A stretch of 64,000 nt of DNA from Ancylonema sp. (Eukaryota), in assembly GCA_050230475.1 (NCBI GenBank), contig JBFLGF010000104.1:1-64000 (forward strand), written 5' to 3'. Positions 1-12,582 of the stretch are shown in pieces. The stretch's first letter is position 1; every line of letters starts with the position of its first letter. The notes under the pieces were generated by a model. That model was given only the letters and a program-made list of their open reading frames with translations. It was not told the DNA's origin and made no database searches. The position numbers were made by a program, and so were the translations under genes.

Positions 1-72
1 TGATAACGTTTTCTAACATCTTTTTTTTTTTTTTTTTCCTGGTTGTTTGTTTGTTTGTTGAATTGTTCGCAG

Positions 73-973
73 ATCGAATTAGAACGCCTTCGCCTGATAT
101 GCGAACGCGTAGTGCGGAGAGAAAAGAGCAAGGTGGGGGGGGGGCACTTGGGTAGGGAGTATCGTTAGTAATAACATAAACCCTACGAGTGGTTTTGTTT
201 GTATCATTATTATTAATAGTGATGTTATGAGTATCTTTCACTTTCATCGTTGTCATTATTACTACACGTATTTTATTTTTAATTTTTATTTGTAGCATCC
301 GAATCAATCGATCACCCAAAGCACCATGTCTTTCCAGAAACCAACCCGGGTTACTCCCTGGTTACTCCCTGGTTATTCCCTGGTTACTTTTCAGAGGGAA
401 CTCCTCCAGTGCGTCATCCAAGACGCATCCGCGCGGGCGGCACTGGCCTCAAATCCCAACCCCAAACAGAACCCCAACCCCAAACCAACCCCCACCCCCC
501 ATCCGCCAACTATGCAACGCGCTGTTGTGACAGGTGGCGGGCATGGGGGGGTGCGGCAAAGACACCCCCCTGGGTCCGGGGGGGGGGGGGCGGGGGGGCA
601 TCCGGGGGTGGATTCTGGAGCGGGGGGTGGGGAGGAGAGGGTGGGGGGGGATGGGCGGTGGTATGGGGGAGGGGGGGAGGCCCCTTTTAGGACGGGGGGA
701 AACAAGGCTAAGGTGGGTTTTGAGGTCAGGGCTTTTGAGGGTTCTTGGATTTTAGTAGTTGGGACACGTGGGGGGTTCTGTTTGGCAGCAGGAAAGCAAG
801 AGGGAGTCAAGTTGACAATTTGTTTTGCCCCAGATCGACTTTTTGTTTTTTATGAAAAAGACAAAGAGTCGAAGAGTCTCTTTGTTTTTTTATTCAAACG
901 TTCACACCTCATATCTCACCTCGTAATGCGTGCAGAGAAAACGGGGGGGGGAGCGACTGATGACCCCCGATAA
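73..973 (+). CDS. 3' end of a PHD-finger chromatin protein (Jade/BRPF/EPC-like, plant At1g77800 type); partial, gene starts before the window
   Basis: AG-GT bounded exon 73-132 encodes IELERLRLICERVVRREKSK. The next exon starts at 395 (RELLQCVIQD...). Together they match the ELERxRLLCERIxKREKLKREL motif. The true stop is uncertain because of long G homopolymers. Confidence 0.65.
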
Positions 974-999
974 AGCCAGGGAGTTCAGTCAACACCTCC

Positions 1000-3900
1000 C
1001 ACAAGGATACGAGTACCTGCCACTCAGAGACATCAAACCCTCCTCCCTTCCCCTCCCTTTATCTACCCCACTTTGAGCGCAAATACATTTATCTCGTCCA
1101 CCTTCTCCTTGGCCAAAATAGATTATAGAAGCTCGCATGTGCTTGCAAGATCTTAGTGTTTCCCCCCCCCCCCCTCCCCCCTTTTTTTTGGGAAGTTGCA
1201 ACATCTTTGCACATAGCTTTTCTAGATCAGTTTGGGGTCTCCCAGATTTTGGGGAGTCTACCATAGTGGAGGTTGTTGCCTTCGTGTTTATATGCCATTG
1301 ATGTACTAATAGAAAGTCACCTCACTAAAAACCAGATTTGGACCTTTCACGGTCACGTTTTGCCCTTGGATATGAAAGCAATTTACAGTAGTAACTCAGT
1401 TATGTGTTTTACCCCAATTTACCTCGTACACACAATATGCTCCAAGATCATACACAAATACGCGTGCGGTCATAATTGTGTATTGAATACGCACCAAATT
1501 TCGACAATGTACGATTTTCACGGTCTTTGGTGTTCAATCTTTAAGTACATTGAAATCGGAGCAACGGTTGTTGAGGTGTTGTATAACACATAAACTCGAC
1601 GTCCAATTATCTTCGCGATCGTGGTTCTTTTCGATCGACAGTTTCGTCGTACTTTCACTCGAATACACTAAGTGATCCACATCTTGCATCCAAAACAAAC
1701 ATACACTGACATGTTCAATCTGATGGCAACATGATGGCTTGGTCTCATAGATTGTGTTGGTAATAGATACAAGTTTCTTATACCGAGGTTGTACCACATT
1801 GTCTTGGTGCCATAAGGTTTCGGAAAGATGGTGTACACCTTCTAAACAAAACCAACACCAAATTCGAACCCATGTTTTTTACCAAGGCCAATTCCGTGTA
1901 GCCACAGACGTATTGTGCATGGTACATGCATGCAGTAGACCCCTTGACTTCCTTGATGCGGCTTTGGTAATCATCAAGACACACTCCGTGACCCGTGGTT
2001 GTCTGGCTACACGACTGGTTGATGCAAACCACTTAATGTTTTTTAACTAATTTGGGCGCGCAAAACTAAAATCGCACACATGTTCATAACATGTCCGCTC
2101 AACCCCGCACAATGTGCGCGCCCAACTAGGAAAAAGTACTTCATATAAAAATACCAAGAATACTTACTACTATGAGCAGCGGCTTTTAATTTAATCAAAT
2201 TTCAATATTGGATTTTTACAAGAGGTTCGCGATGCGCACATGTGCGCGCCCAACCATGGTTTTATTTGATATGCGGTGTTGGGGGGCGGAAGGTGTGTTC
2301 AAGTGTTGATGTGTTACATATGGGATGAAGCAAGGTAGTAGCGGCATGCGGCGTGACTTACAAGTCGGAAAGGATGCACACGAAATACGCCTAGTATATC
2401 CTTGAGCATTGTGTTGTTTGTGATCGTTATCCATACGTTTGTTTTTTTATTTCTTCCCGCCATTTAAATAACTTTGCCTCACGTGCCACCCGTGTTTCAT
2501 ATTCTTGTCACACACGTTTGATGAAGAAGTGGGTATCCAAAGGCGTGCTTCTTTCCTTGAATTAACCGTAACCGTATCCGCATCCATCAATTCCGAAACA
2601 CAACTGCCAATTTGGTGCCTCGAATGATCAGGTTTCGTAACCAAATGCAAATAAATCATACCTTGACACGTGTAAAACCGTCATAGGAGATATAAATGCT
2701 AAAACTCATTTTGTCCATTTATCAGACAGCGACTATTGGGCCATATTTGGCCCGATCCAGATTATGACTGGGCAATGCGTTTTGGATCCGAGTCTGTCTC
2801 GATCTCGATAACAGCATGATCTGAACATAAGTGATTGCGACCCAACAATGACCTACCTTCGAAAAGTTTGCTCGGAGCCGCGGATCGGGGGGTCCATCCG
2901 CATCATTGTTCGGGACTCGTACGTTTTTTAGGATTCATTATGTGGAACAGGGTGGTACGACACACTTGCAAAAGGGTGTCCTTACTAATCGAAGTTTTTG
3001 TACTTGCTTCTCATTTGCATAGGGAACCGACGGGTGGTTGTGATGTACGGATTCACTAAAAATAAGAAGACGTCGATTCAAGGACACATGTGCTACAAAC
3101 GGAGACTAAACCACGTCAGAGACCGACATTTGCTTCCTAATAATAATGAAACCATTTTCCTTTACTGGTAGTGAGTGCATAACCACGAACTCACATTAGT
3201 ATCTCCACTGCTTCTCATGGCTTCGTTGATATTATCAACTTGATAAGTCGACGATTTTGCCAACATTTCCAAATGCAAATCATGTGGTGGCCACTAAGTG
3301 GTCCATGAAGACCTTGTAGAAGAAGCATATACATTCTCTACATCGTGCATATATACATGCGACAATCATACAAAATCAAGTGCATTGCAACACCATCCTC
3401 ATCAGCACCTTGAAACACACTAATATAGAGTCACTTGTACACTCAATGTCGTGAGCACAAGGGCAATGTTGCACATCACATGCTCATATAAAATCCTCCT
3501 CCCTACTCCCGCCCAACAACATACTCAATAAATCTTGACCTCCGCCACTCCCCATTGTTGGCTTCACCTTCCTAACACTCGCTTTATTTCCGTCTCGCGC
3601 CTTCCGCTTCATCGACCCTCCTCTTCCGTCGACAATCCGTAATCCCTTGTGCAAAGTTGGAGGTTCTATCCCTACAACCCCTTCAAAGCCTCGACTAACT
3701 ACCATTTTCGATTCTACATTCGACCCCTCTATATCACTCCGGGCCTCATCTCTTACCTCAAGCGGCGATCCCACTGGTGGCAAAAGTAGAAACGAATGGG
3801 AGTCTATTTCCTTCCTCTCGATTCGAAGTTGATCCCCCTCTCCCTCAGCTGATCCAACTTTATCTATAATATCTAATCGCGACGAACCAGGTTGTGCCAC

Positions 3901-4800
3901 CTGGCAGGCTGCAGATGGCCCCTCTTGGCTGCCAGCCAATAAGATTTCCGTAACGTTACCGGTGGCGGTCTCCACGATTGGTCGCGGATCTGTCTCACCT
4001 CCCCCCACGTATCCCATCTCCGATGCCTTCACTGTCTTGTCCACATCCCCTTCCTCCCTCATGCCTACAAAACTTTGCTCAACTGCATCCACCTCATCTA
4101 GTAGACTCGTCTGTCCTGATACCAAGACAGGTACTGCCTGAAAATTGGAAATTGGGGCAGGTGTGGGTTTGAGATGATGTCTATCGACTTCGCCAGATAC
4201 AAACGAGAGGAATGCTTGTGCAGCTGCCTTGGTTGGGATCCCGCGGGGGGGGGTGGGAAGGAGTTGGGGGGTGGGTGTGCGGGTTGGGGGGGGGGGGTTG
4301 GGGTGGGTGGGAAGCAATTCTAGAATTTGATTTCTTGCGTATTTGTGGATGGTGATCTGGATGACGTCAGGGTTTGAGAGATCGAGGAGGAGGTAGTGAG
4401 GCATAGGGGTCTCCTATAGCCAAAGAGAAAACATGAGAAATTATGTGAGTGTGAAGAAGAAGAAAGGAGCATCAAGAGTAATAAGAATAAAGGAAGAGAG
4501 GAGATGGGAGAAAGGGGAGAAGAAATACTTTAGAACAAGAAAGGATTTTCAAGCGTAGAATCTCGTTCTGCTACTCTTGCATCCAGATCCCAATTGCCCA
4601 AACCGACTAGGTTGCATGTGCACAAAAAGCACTGAGGCGTGCCTTCATCCGGTTTTGTTACGACGAGAGTGTTGGATTTTAGCATTGCCTAACCTCTCAA
4701 ATGAGTCCCTTCTTTTTAATTCACGAACTCCACTAATTTCAACCTGTTCCAACTAACTTATTTTCCTTGTCCTCACAAAATTTATTATTTATTATATAGA
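1000..4800 (-). mobile_element. Highly decayed L1-like non-LTR retrotransposon
   Basis: Minus-strand remnants: a degenerate zinc knuckle PQCFLC (~4620-4640), the ORF1-like low-complexity ORF 3484-4404, and RT-like fragments NSRCLINGQ (~2712-2740) and EQ..F.GRS (~2845-2880). Many stops and indels; boundaries approximate. Confidence 0.4.
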
Positions 4801-6203
4801 TAGGTCAGATTGGAAGTGTATGACTGTGGAGTGCGGATCAGAGCCCTTGACAGTGTCACACTTAACAAGACGTCCCACCACTCACTTTTTTTTTTTTTTT
4901 TTTTCCCCCTCCCTTTCCTCTCTTTTTTCACTCTCTGTCTTGGTGGTTTGTAAATTGAACTGCTATAAAAATGCTCGAGAGTTCAGTACTTCTGTGATAC
5001 CTCTCATACGAGAAACCGTTGAACCGTGGTAGACCAACCTGAGACTCAAAATCCTCCCATGCAATTTGCGAAATATCCATTTTTGTGCACTGGTTATAAA
5101 AGTCCACACTCGATCTCAACAGCTGCACATACGATCCCCCATCCGGAAAAAGAAATGAAAGAAAAAGAAAAAGAAAGAAACGAAAGACGAGTGAGATCTG
5201 ATGATTGGGAAAGGGAAGGAAGAAAAATAAAAAAATCACCTTTTTTGTCTACCGACAAACAAGGAACGGGCAGCTTGCAAGAAGAGTGGAAAGAAAAAAA
5301 GCAGGTCAGGGGGGGGGAGGGGGAGGAAAGGACCTGAAGTAGGAGCGTATAAACCCGCCCCATGCAAGCCAGCATGGTGAGTGCGAGGGGCATAAAAAAG
5401 GTTTGACCCAAAAGCTCCCCCACACACCTTTAGAGAAAAAACCGGTACGACCCAAGGTTGGGGGCTGGGGGTCGGCGGTTGGGGGTAGGGAGAGTGGTTC
5501 TATGCAGTGAGGGTGAGGCAGAATGGAGATTGAAAGAGTGGATCCATTCAACCATAGAATAAATACAGAGCATAGTGAAAATCTACACTACACTGATATA
5601 TTTCGGGAGAATCCAACATTGCTGGGAAAAAAATGAAAAAAAGCACCCAGCAAAATGGAAACCCTGTACCCTGGAAAATGAGAAGAAAAGGAGGCTGCAG
5701 GAAAAATAAACGGTTGATCTACTGTGGGTATAAAAAAAAGAGACACATTTAAGAGGGAGGAGAAACGGACCTTGCCGCTTTTTGGACCATTTTTGAGGCC
5801 TGCGACAGGAAATGGGGGGGGGGGGGATTCGGTCAACGAATATAGGTCGGGAGTCGTGCGCGCGCGCGCACGCGTGTGTGGCGCGCGCGTCAAAGGAAGC
5901 TGAGTTCGGGACTGACTGTGATGATGACAGTCAAACGGTCAACGTTGGTGGGGACGCGAATCTTCTCCTCTTCCAGATACGCGTCCCTGCACCATGCACT
6001 TCCCCGTTTCTTCTCCTCAATAACCGTGCTTGCTGCTCTGCTGATACTTGTTGACGGAGCTGTACGGAGCTGTACGGAGGTGCAAAGAAGAGACTTACGG
6101 CGTAGGCGTAGACGACGATATGTTTTTTTGGTAACGAGAATGAGTCTGGTGCCATGGAGGGCCTGACTCCTGAATGGCCTTCAATTTTCGTTTAACCTGA
6201 AAA

Positions 6204-6437
6204 AATAAATGAATGGATAAATGAAAGAATGAATAAATGAATGACTAAATAAATGAATAAATGAATGAATAAATAAATGACTAAATGAGTGAATAGATAA
6301 ATGAATAAATGAATGAATAAATAAATAAAAGAAATGAATGAATAAATAAATGAATAAATGAATGAATAAATAAATGAACAAATGAATGAATAAATAAATT
6401 AATGAATAAATAAATGAATAAATGAATGAATCAATAA
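6204..6437. repeat. (GAAT/AAAT)n tetranucleotide microsatellite
   Basis: Directly visible mixed GAAT/AAAT tandem run. Confidence 0.95.
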
Positions 6438-7209
6438 GAACCGAGTGGCAGTGAGGAGCCTTGACTAGCTGGAGTGGACTATGTGCGCGTTTTAATTGAC
6501 TGAAACGAAGTAGACGCCGTTCTGACACCCATCTTGCATGCCAAGGGCAACCAACCAACCAGCCAGCCAGTCAGCTATCCAGTCAGTCAACTTCCAGCTA
6601 GAAGTGAAAGTTGCGCAGAGTCGGCTGGCGAATGCGCTGCACCCGCCAGCCGACTGTCAACTCTCACTGATGGTGTGAGGGAAGGCAGGTGATACAGGGA
6701 GGATCAGCTTACTTTCTGTAGGGCCTGAAAATATTGGGTACCGCGATGCTGGTTGAAATTCTTGTACAATACGCGATTGAACAGAGCAGATTCAAGGATT
6801 AGCGCAGACCATGCTTCGCTGCCTATCGATTGACCCGATTCCATTTCATACAAGGGACGGATGCAGACTGTAGAAAAGGACGATAGGCCTATGCCTTCAG
6901 ATACACATTACCCAACAGTGAAGCTGCACTCCCAACTCAGGTGCAATGGCCACAGAGATGCTCTTTTGCGACATGAGAGCTTCCTGATTCTGTCTCCGCC
7001 AACCATGGATGTTTTCCCAAGCTTCTTCCTGCCGCCCCCCCCGTGTCCGTAGCGCGCGGCCTGTCAGATATGACCTCACGCCGACCACATGGTGGCCGGC
7101 CGCAAAAGCACCGGACGCCCAATCTCGGCCGCGAGCTTAAGAGGAACGGTTGGACCACCTGAGTGGCGCACCACCCGAATCAACAACACCCATAATTTTT
7201 TTGAGTACA

Positions 7210-7350
7210 GTATACTCGCCCGCGGGCGGGGATATTTTCGCCCCCCTCCGCTTGCAAGCGGTACGCGCCCAGGACGGGCGCGCTGAATTTCGGGATTTAA
7301 AGATAGCAATTTCAAAAAAGCATAGCTTCTAGACGTTTTGTGATATTCTT
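7210..7350. repeat. Dispersed repeat (probable MITE part); second copy at ~51870-52030
   Basis: Both copies share CGCCCGCGGGCGGGGATATTT...GGGCGCG.TGAATTTCGGGAT...TAGACGTTTT.TGATATTCT in the same orientation. Confidence 0.75.
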
Positions 7351-7563
7351 GGGGGAAAAAAAAAACGTGGAGATGAAACTATGTAGTTGATATTAGCACT
7401 TTTTATTTTTTTATTTCGATGAATGTGGAGTTTTAAAAACTGAAAACACCAGAACCCTAAAAAAGCTCTATATACCCGCACGCCACGTGGACATTTCCGC
7501 CCGCGTTCCGTGCCGCCCGCGTGCGCCGCCCGACGGAGATTTTGACGGGTGTGTACATCTATG

Positions 7564-8128
7564 CAGTAAACCCTTCATGTAGTGACAATCACGATATAGT
7601 GACATATTTTTTGTCCTTTTTCTAATCCTATATAAAAACCCACTCTATATAGTGACACACGTTATAATGACCAGATTTTCCGAGATTTCAGTATTGAGAT
7701 GTCTCTATTGAGTGAAACCCGTCTAAATTAACGTTGTGAAATTTAATAACCTCCCAAATCTAATGGTAAAATTTCCACCCGGATTCAGGTTGACACCAAA
7801 AACCTGACGTGTAAAATAATAACCCGTCTGAATTGATATTTTACACCAGACCTGGCATTATTACTCTAGAAAGGTTTTATTGTAGCGAGTGGATATTATA
7901 ACAAACGCCATATGGATGACCTACCTCCTTTGATAAATACCCTTGCGCACCCAATCTGGTAGCTCAAAATAACCTGAATTTCACTTTCCTTTGATACAGT
8001 GACATTTTCTCAACGTCGCCCTATGAAGCGTCACTGTGTAGTGTACAGTGACACCCCTGGCATTCGATGTAGTGACAATATTTTCCACTGCCAGAAAAGG
8101 AAATTGTCACTGTATCAAGGGTTAATTG
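7564..8128. mobile_element. pogo/Tc1-mariner-type MITE
   Basis: TIRs CAGTAAACCCTTCATGTAGTGACA and TGTCACTGTATCAAGGGTTAATTG, TA on the right flank, and repeated internal ATAGTGACA motifs. An inverted paralog lies at 42060-49214. Confidence 0.85.
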
Positions 8129-10113
8129 TACTTCGATTTTATCACTCCAAAAAAGGAAAACTTACGAATCCTGTTGGAGTTGAACTAGAAGATGACCCCC
8201 ACAATGTTACTCAAGGTTCTTCAGATTTCATTAGCGAATAAAAATAACGTTTTTCAGTCTTACTAAACATACGCATCCAAGTAACCCCACGCTATTGGCC
8301 ACAAGTTGTACTATTTTGTAAGTGATTGATGGTTTCAACTATTTTTTGGGGTATCTAGGAACGGAATATTTCATTGGAAGTGCAAGAAGCATTCGGTGAC
8401 AAGATATTCACCCACCCAACCACCCTTTGTTCCACACTTTTACTGTATTGGTAAGATTTGTTGTGTCCGCTCGTGTTGCGATTCTGTGTGGGATCTAAGA
8501 CAAGGTTGGGACCCAGATGCCCGGTGTTTCGATCCCAATCGGAATCACATCGGCTCCGATCCGGTTCGGAACCGATCGGAAAATGTATGTTGTGTTCGAG
8601 GCAAATTTAGTAAGAAGAACCAATGCAAATATGAGTTGTTTTCACTTTATGCATATTACGTATTATGACCACTAGGGAAAACGTAGATACCGTTGCCAAA
8701 ATCAAACACCATGGTGATGGTTTAAGGAGTAGGATATACCGTAAATCATATGGCATACATTGTTTCTCACAGTCTTTTTTAAAGCCACTCTAGAGGGACT
8801 CAAGTTTATATTATCGTATACATTAGCATACAACTCCGCGATTGAACAAAACAAAGTCAGTCGAGAGCACCCAATATTATTTGGTGCTCTCTGATATTGT
8901 TTGCCACATAATATCAAAGTTGCATGAACTTGCCGGACCGGGTTCTAAGGTCCGCATGTCGGCTAGTGGAGGCCAAAACCTTCAATTGGCGATATTAGGG
9001 TACTTTCTGTTTTTATGTGGGGGTATGAAAGGTTTCCTCATGGACACGGATTATTGTTTCGATTATATTTGGGTCTTGTGCATGGTACACAAATATTGAT
9101 ACACTGATTAGGCACACATTCCCAGCCCCGTCCACTTTTGCCCCAAAAATAGCTCGGTCCATAAAAAACTCTAAGAACCGCGAGGTCCGTCCCAAACCTG
9201 ACTTCGGACCCGGGCGGACCACGGTTCTCACACGCCCGTAACATGAGATTAATCAATTGGTGGTGGATCGGATAACTAGGTTACCATTGAAAATATCACC
9301 ACAAATGAAATATGGGGGATACTACAAATGTACACATTCGATCCTCATGCTTTCGAGGCGAGGTTGCGGTTCACTTGAATCATGGTGTACCGTACTCGCC
9401 ACACATAATGGCCCTCATGAATAATCATGAAAAGGCCGGGTCGACTCGAAATGAAGGCGGGTCGGGTCATTTTTTTGGGGTGGGTCACCCATTCGATTTT
9501 GAAATCGGCCATGAAGGAGTCATGATTCTCAAAATGGATTTTATGCATTGCCTACTCATCTAGCACCGTTTTGTAGATGTGTCACACATTCTCGAAGATA
9601 CCGTATTGAGCACCGTAAATGATCTCTGATTTTCAAAAAATTATTATTTTCGTAATGATTTTTTTAAATGATCCTGGGATTCCGATGGTTATTATCGATG
9701 ATTTCTGGTAATGAATCCATGAATCCGTTAGTTAATATCAATGATTTTTGGGGATGATTCCGGATTGTAGGGATAAAAAGTATACAAGATTTCCTTATTT
9801 GGGAATTAAAACTCAAATGATTTTCCCATATCCTCCCGCTTATGGGTGATTCTTACATACTTATCGTACATTTTGACGTCACAGTGCACGTGGCAAGCAC
9901 TCGCCCTAGTCCCGATGTCTCGTCCGGCCACAATTTTATCGTTATGCATGGTCTTATGTTGTCATGTTGTGTGTGCAATCGGTAGTTTCCCATATTGTGG
10001 GATTTTAGGGCCCGGTAACGTAGTTTTTATCGACGTAAATGTCGCTTGTTTAGAAATATGTCATTTTGCAGGAGCCTACTTTGTCGTGTAACCCCGTTTC
10101 ATCACATCAAGAG

Positions 10114-11220
10114 TGTCATGACGCTAGAGATCGCTAAGGCGGAACCCCTTTAGATTGATCAGAAACCTCTCTAGATTAATACTATGCTATAACGAGAGTA
10201 TTCGATATAACGATGATCTAGAATCAGTACTTTTTGAGAAAAGTGTGAAGTATTATTTTTTGTACGACTTGAAAATAATGCGTGGCGTATTTTCAGAAGT
10301 CTAGAACTTAGCAGTTTCAACAAATAGTTGCGTGTCAATATTTTGTAAATCGACAATGTCACTTTCGACATGTCGACATTCCCGGCGATAAATCCAGCCG
10401 TAGAGATAAAGATAAGATCTGACGCATTATCGTAGCGTCGAGATTGATTTGAAAGTTCTAGAAGCCAGCCTGTCGTGATCTTCGATAGACTAACTCTAGC
10501 TAACTATGCCGGTTAGCACCGCGCAACACCTTTTGTGATAAAAGAAATTTGTACTATCAGATCTGCCAGCTTCCGCTGTCATATTGCGCTATCAAGAAAT
10601 CCCTTCAACAATCTTCTGTGTTATCTGAATCCTTCGCAATTCTCTGAATATTGCGTTCCTTCGCTTACGCGACTTCGCAACGTGCTCGTCTTCCGACTCA
10701 ACCTGACATCCGTCCCGTCAGCCAGCCGATAAGAAATCATTCTTTGCTGTGTGTGTATTTTTGTGTATTTGATATTTGATCTGATTCATCTAAATCTGTT
10801 GTTGACGCTCTTCTGTTGCTGACGCTCTTTCTGAGCCAACTTGTTAATCGATTGTAATTTCTTACATCGATTCGCTGACGCTCTCTCTGAGCTAGCAAGC
10901 GTGCGTGTGTCTTTTTGATATCTGTCGATTTGCCTGCGTTCGCTCCGAACCGGCACTTTCATTTGTATGTGTGTGTGTGTTTGCTGTCGTTCGCTCCGAA
11001 CCAGCATTTGTTGTAAACACCTGTCCGCTGACGCTCTTTCTGAGCCAGCATCTTTTTTCGCACCAAAAGTAACTCTTACGGCTGCTAACCTCGATAGTCT
11101 GCTCCAGACTATATTGTTTGCTTTATATAGTATTTTCACAGACTTTTGTACTATAGACCATTTGTTAGCTCCCCCTTGGCGTTAAGTAGTGAATTTCACC
11201 AGACCGGTGAGACGTGTGAT
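10114..11220 (+). mobile_element. Possible solo LTR (~1.1 kb)
   Basis: Starts TGTCATGACG and ends CGTGTGAT(A), with AGAG on both flanks. Internal GCTGACGCTCT repeats and no ORF. Confidence 0.4.
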
Positions 11221-11939
11221 AGAGATAATATTGATATCTCAGCAAAGACTTAATCTGCAATCCTACTTAGTGAGAGCAGCACAATACCACATTGTGACTT
11301 TATGAGAGATTACCAACATGTCGATACAAGATTGTGACTATATGAGATGATCAACATTCGGAACTTAGAAAAGAAGAAGTTATGAGGACAACAAAAGAGA
11401 GAACTTCAGTTCACAAAGAAGTCAAAGTGTGAAGAATATCATTCCGGGCGGCCGACTCCAAACACCACGTCAAGAGTAACATCCAGGTGACCCCGAATTT
11501 CCCGTGAATGATTCCTCAACCGGGTTTCATTAATGATTTGGAGTATCCTTTTTATACCTTTTACGAAGTAATTCAAAGTGTTACTTTTGGGTTTCTATAA
11601 TCAATCAAAAATCATTTACCGTGCCCAGTACGGTATGCTAGCTCGACCTTGTGTGCTGGCTCCGGCGTTGACTTGCGGCCATCAAATTTCTCACATGTTA
11701 GGGATCCCGTTTGTCGTATTTGCTACAAAACCTAAAAGTCATCTGATAGACCCAGCATCTAACGCAAGAGATTTGTTTAGTAGACTTCCCCCCCCCCCCG
11801 GATAATGTTCCTTTCGTGATGGTTGAAGCATATACAGTGCGTGATTGGTGTGATACTCAAATGATAAGGGTACTTTTGGTGCGGGTCAATATGCTTGCTG
11901 TCTGCAAGTTGTTAGGTTACGTTATCAAATCTATAATGT

Positions 11940-12054
11940 ACCTGGGTCATACTTCTGGGTCGTGGGTCGCGGGGTAGTAAATAAAGTTTGCTAGGGTCAA
12001 GTTGGTGGGTCACCCCGGTAATTGATTGTTTTATTTTTGACCCGGGTCACTATG
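11940..12054. mobile_element. Right end of a GGGTCA-rich hAT-like MITE (same family as 52476-52681)
   Basis: Repeated GGGTC motifs ending in CCGGGTCACTATG, the same terminus as at 52681. Confidence 0.5.
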
Positions 12055-12582
12055 TATGGGCTGAAGAGTACAATGAATTTGATTTCAGCATTTTTTTTAT
12101 TTATTTTTTGGGGCTTTTTTACTACAAGTGTTTGTATGACGGCAAGCAAGAGAACATGATCTACACATTACTCCTATACTTCCATACAACACTTTAATAC
12201 AAAAGAGCTTCCAAGTATTGTTTGATTCAAGCCTCCTCCCCTCATTTCAATTCGATGACACTTGTAGTCCAAATTGAACTTGTTGTGAACGGATTCGTTT
12301 AACCCCTTACACGTGCTACGCATTGGCTATAACGACAAATTCTTATTGTCACACATTGTGATCCTTATTATCGGCGGTTACAATTCAAAGCGTGGCAATC
12401 CTCCTCCTGAGCGTAGCAATCACCACTCCTCCAAAGTCATCTGAAAAAAACACATTTAACAAGAGAAAAAAAAAAGAAAAAAAAGAGAGCAAAATGCACT
12501 GTACATCCCCATTCTAGAGAGAAGCAAAATCTCCCAAACCCGATTGCTATCAAGTTCACATCATTGACAACCAACCCGTACC

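Noticed and set aside
5855..5892. Alternating purine-pyrimidine (GC)n palindrome, possible Z-DNA or hairpin
   Set aside because: Short simple repeat with no associated feature
6181..6558. 125-aa FIHSFIYL ORF
   Set aside because: Translation of the (ATTC/ATTT)n microsatellite
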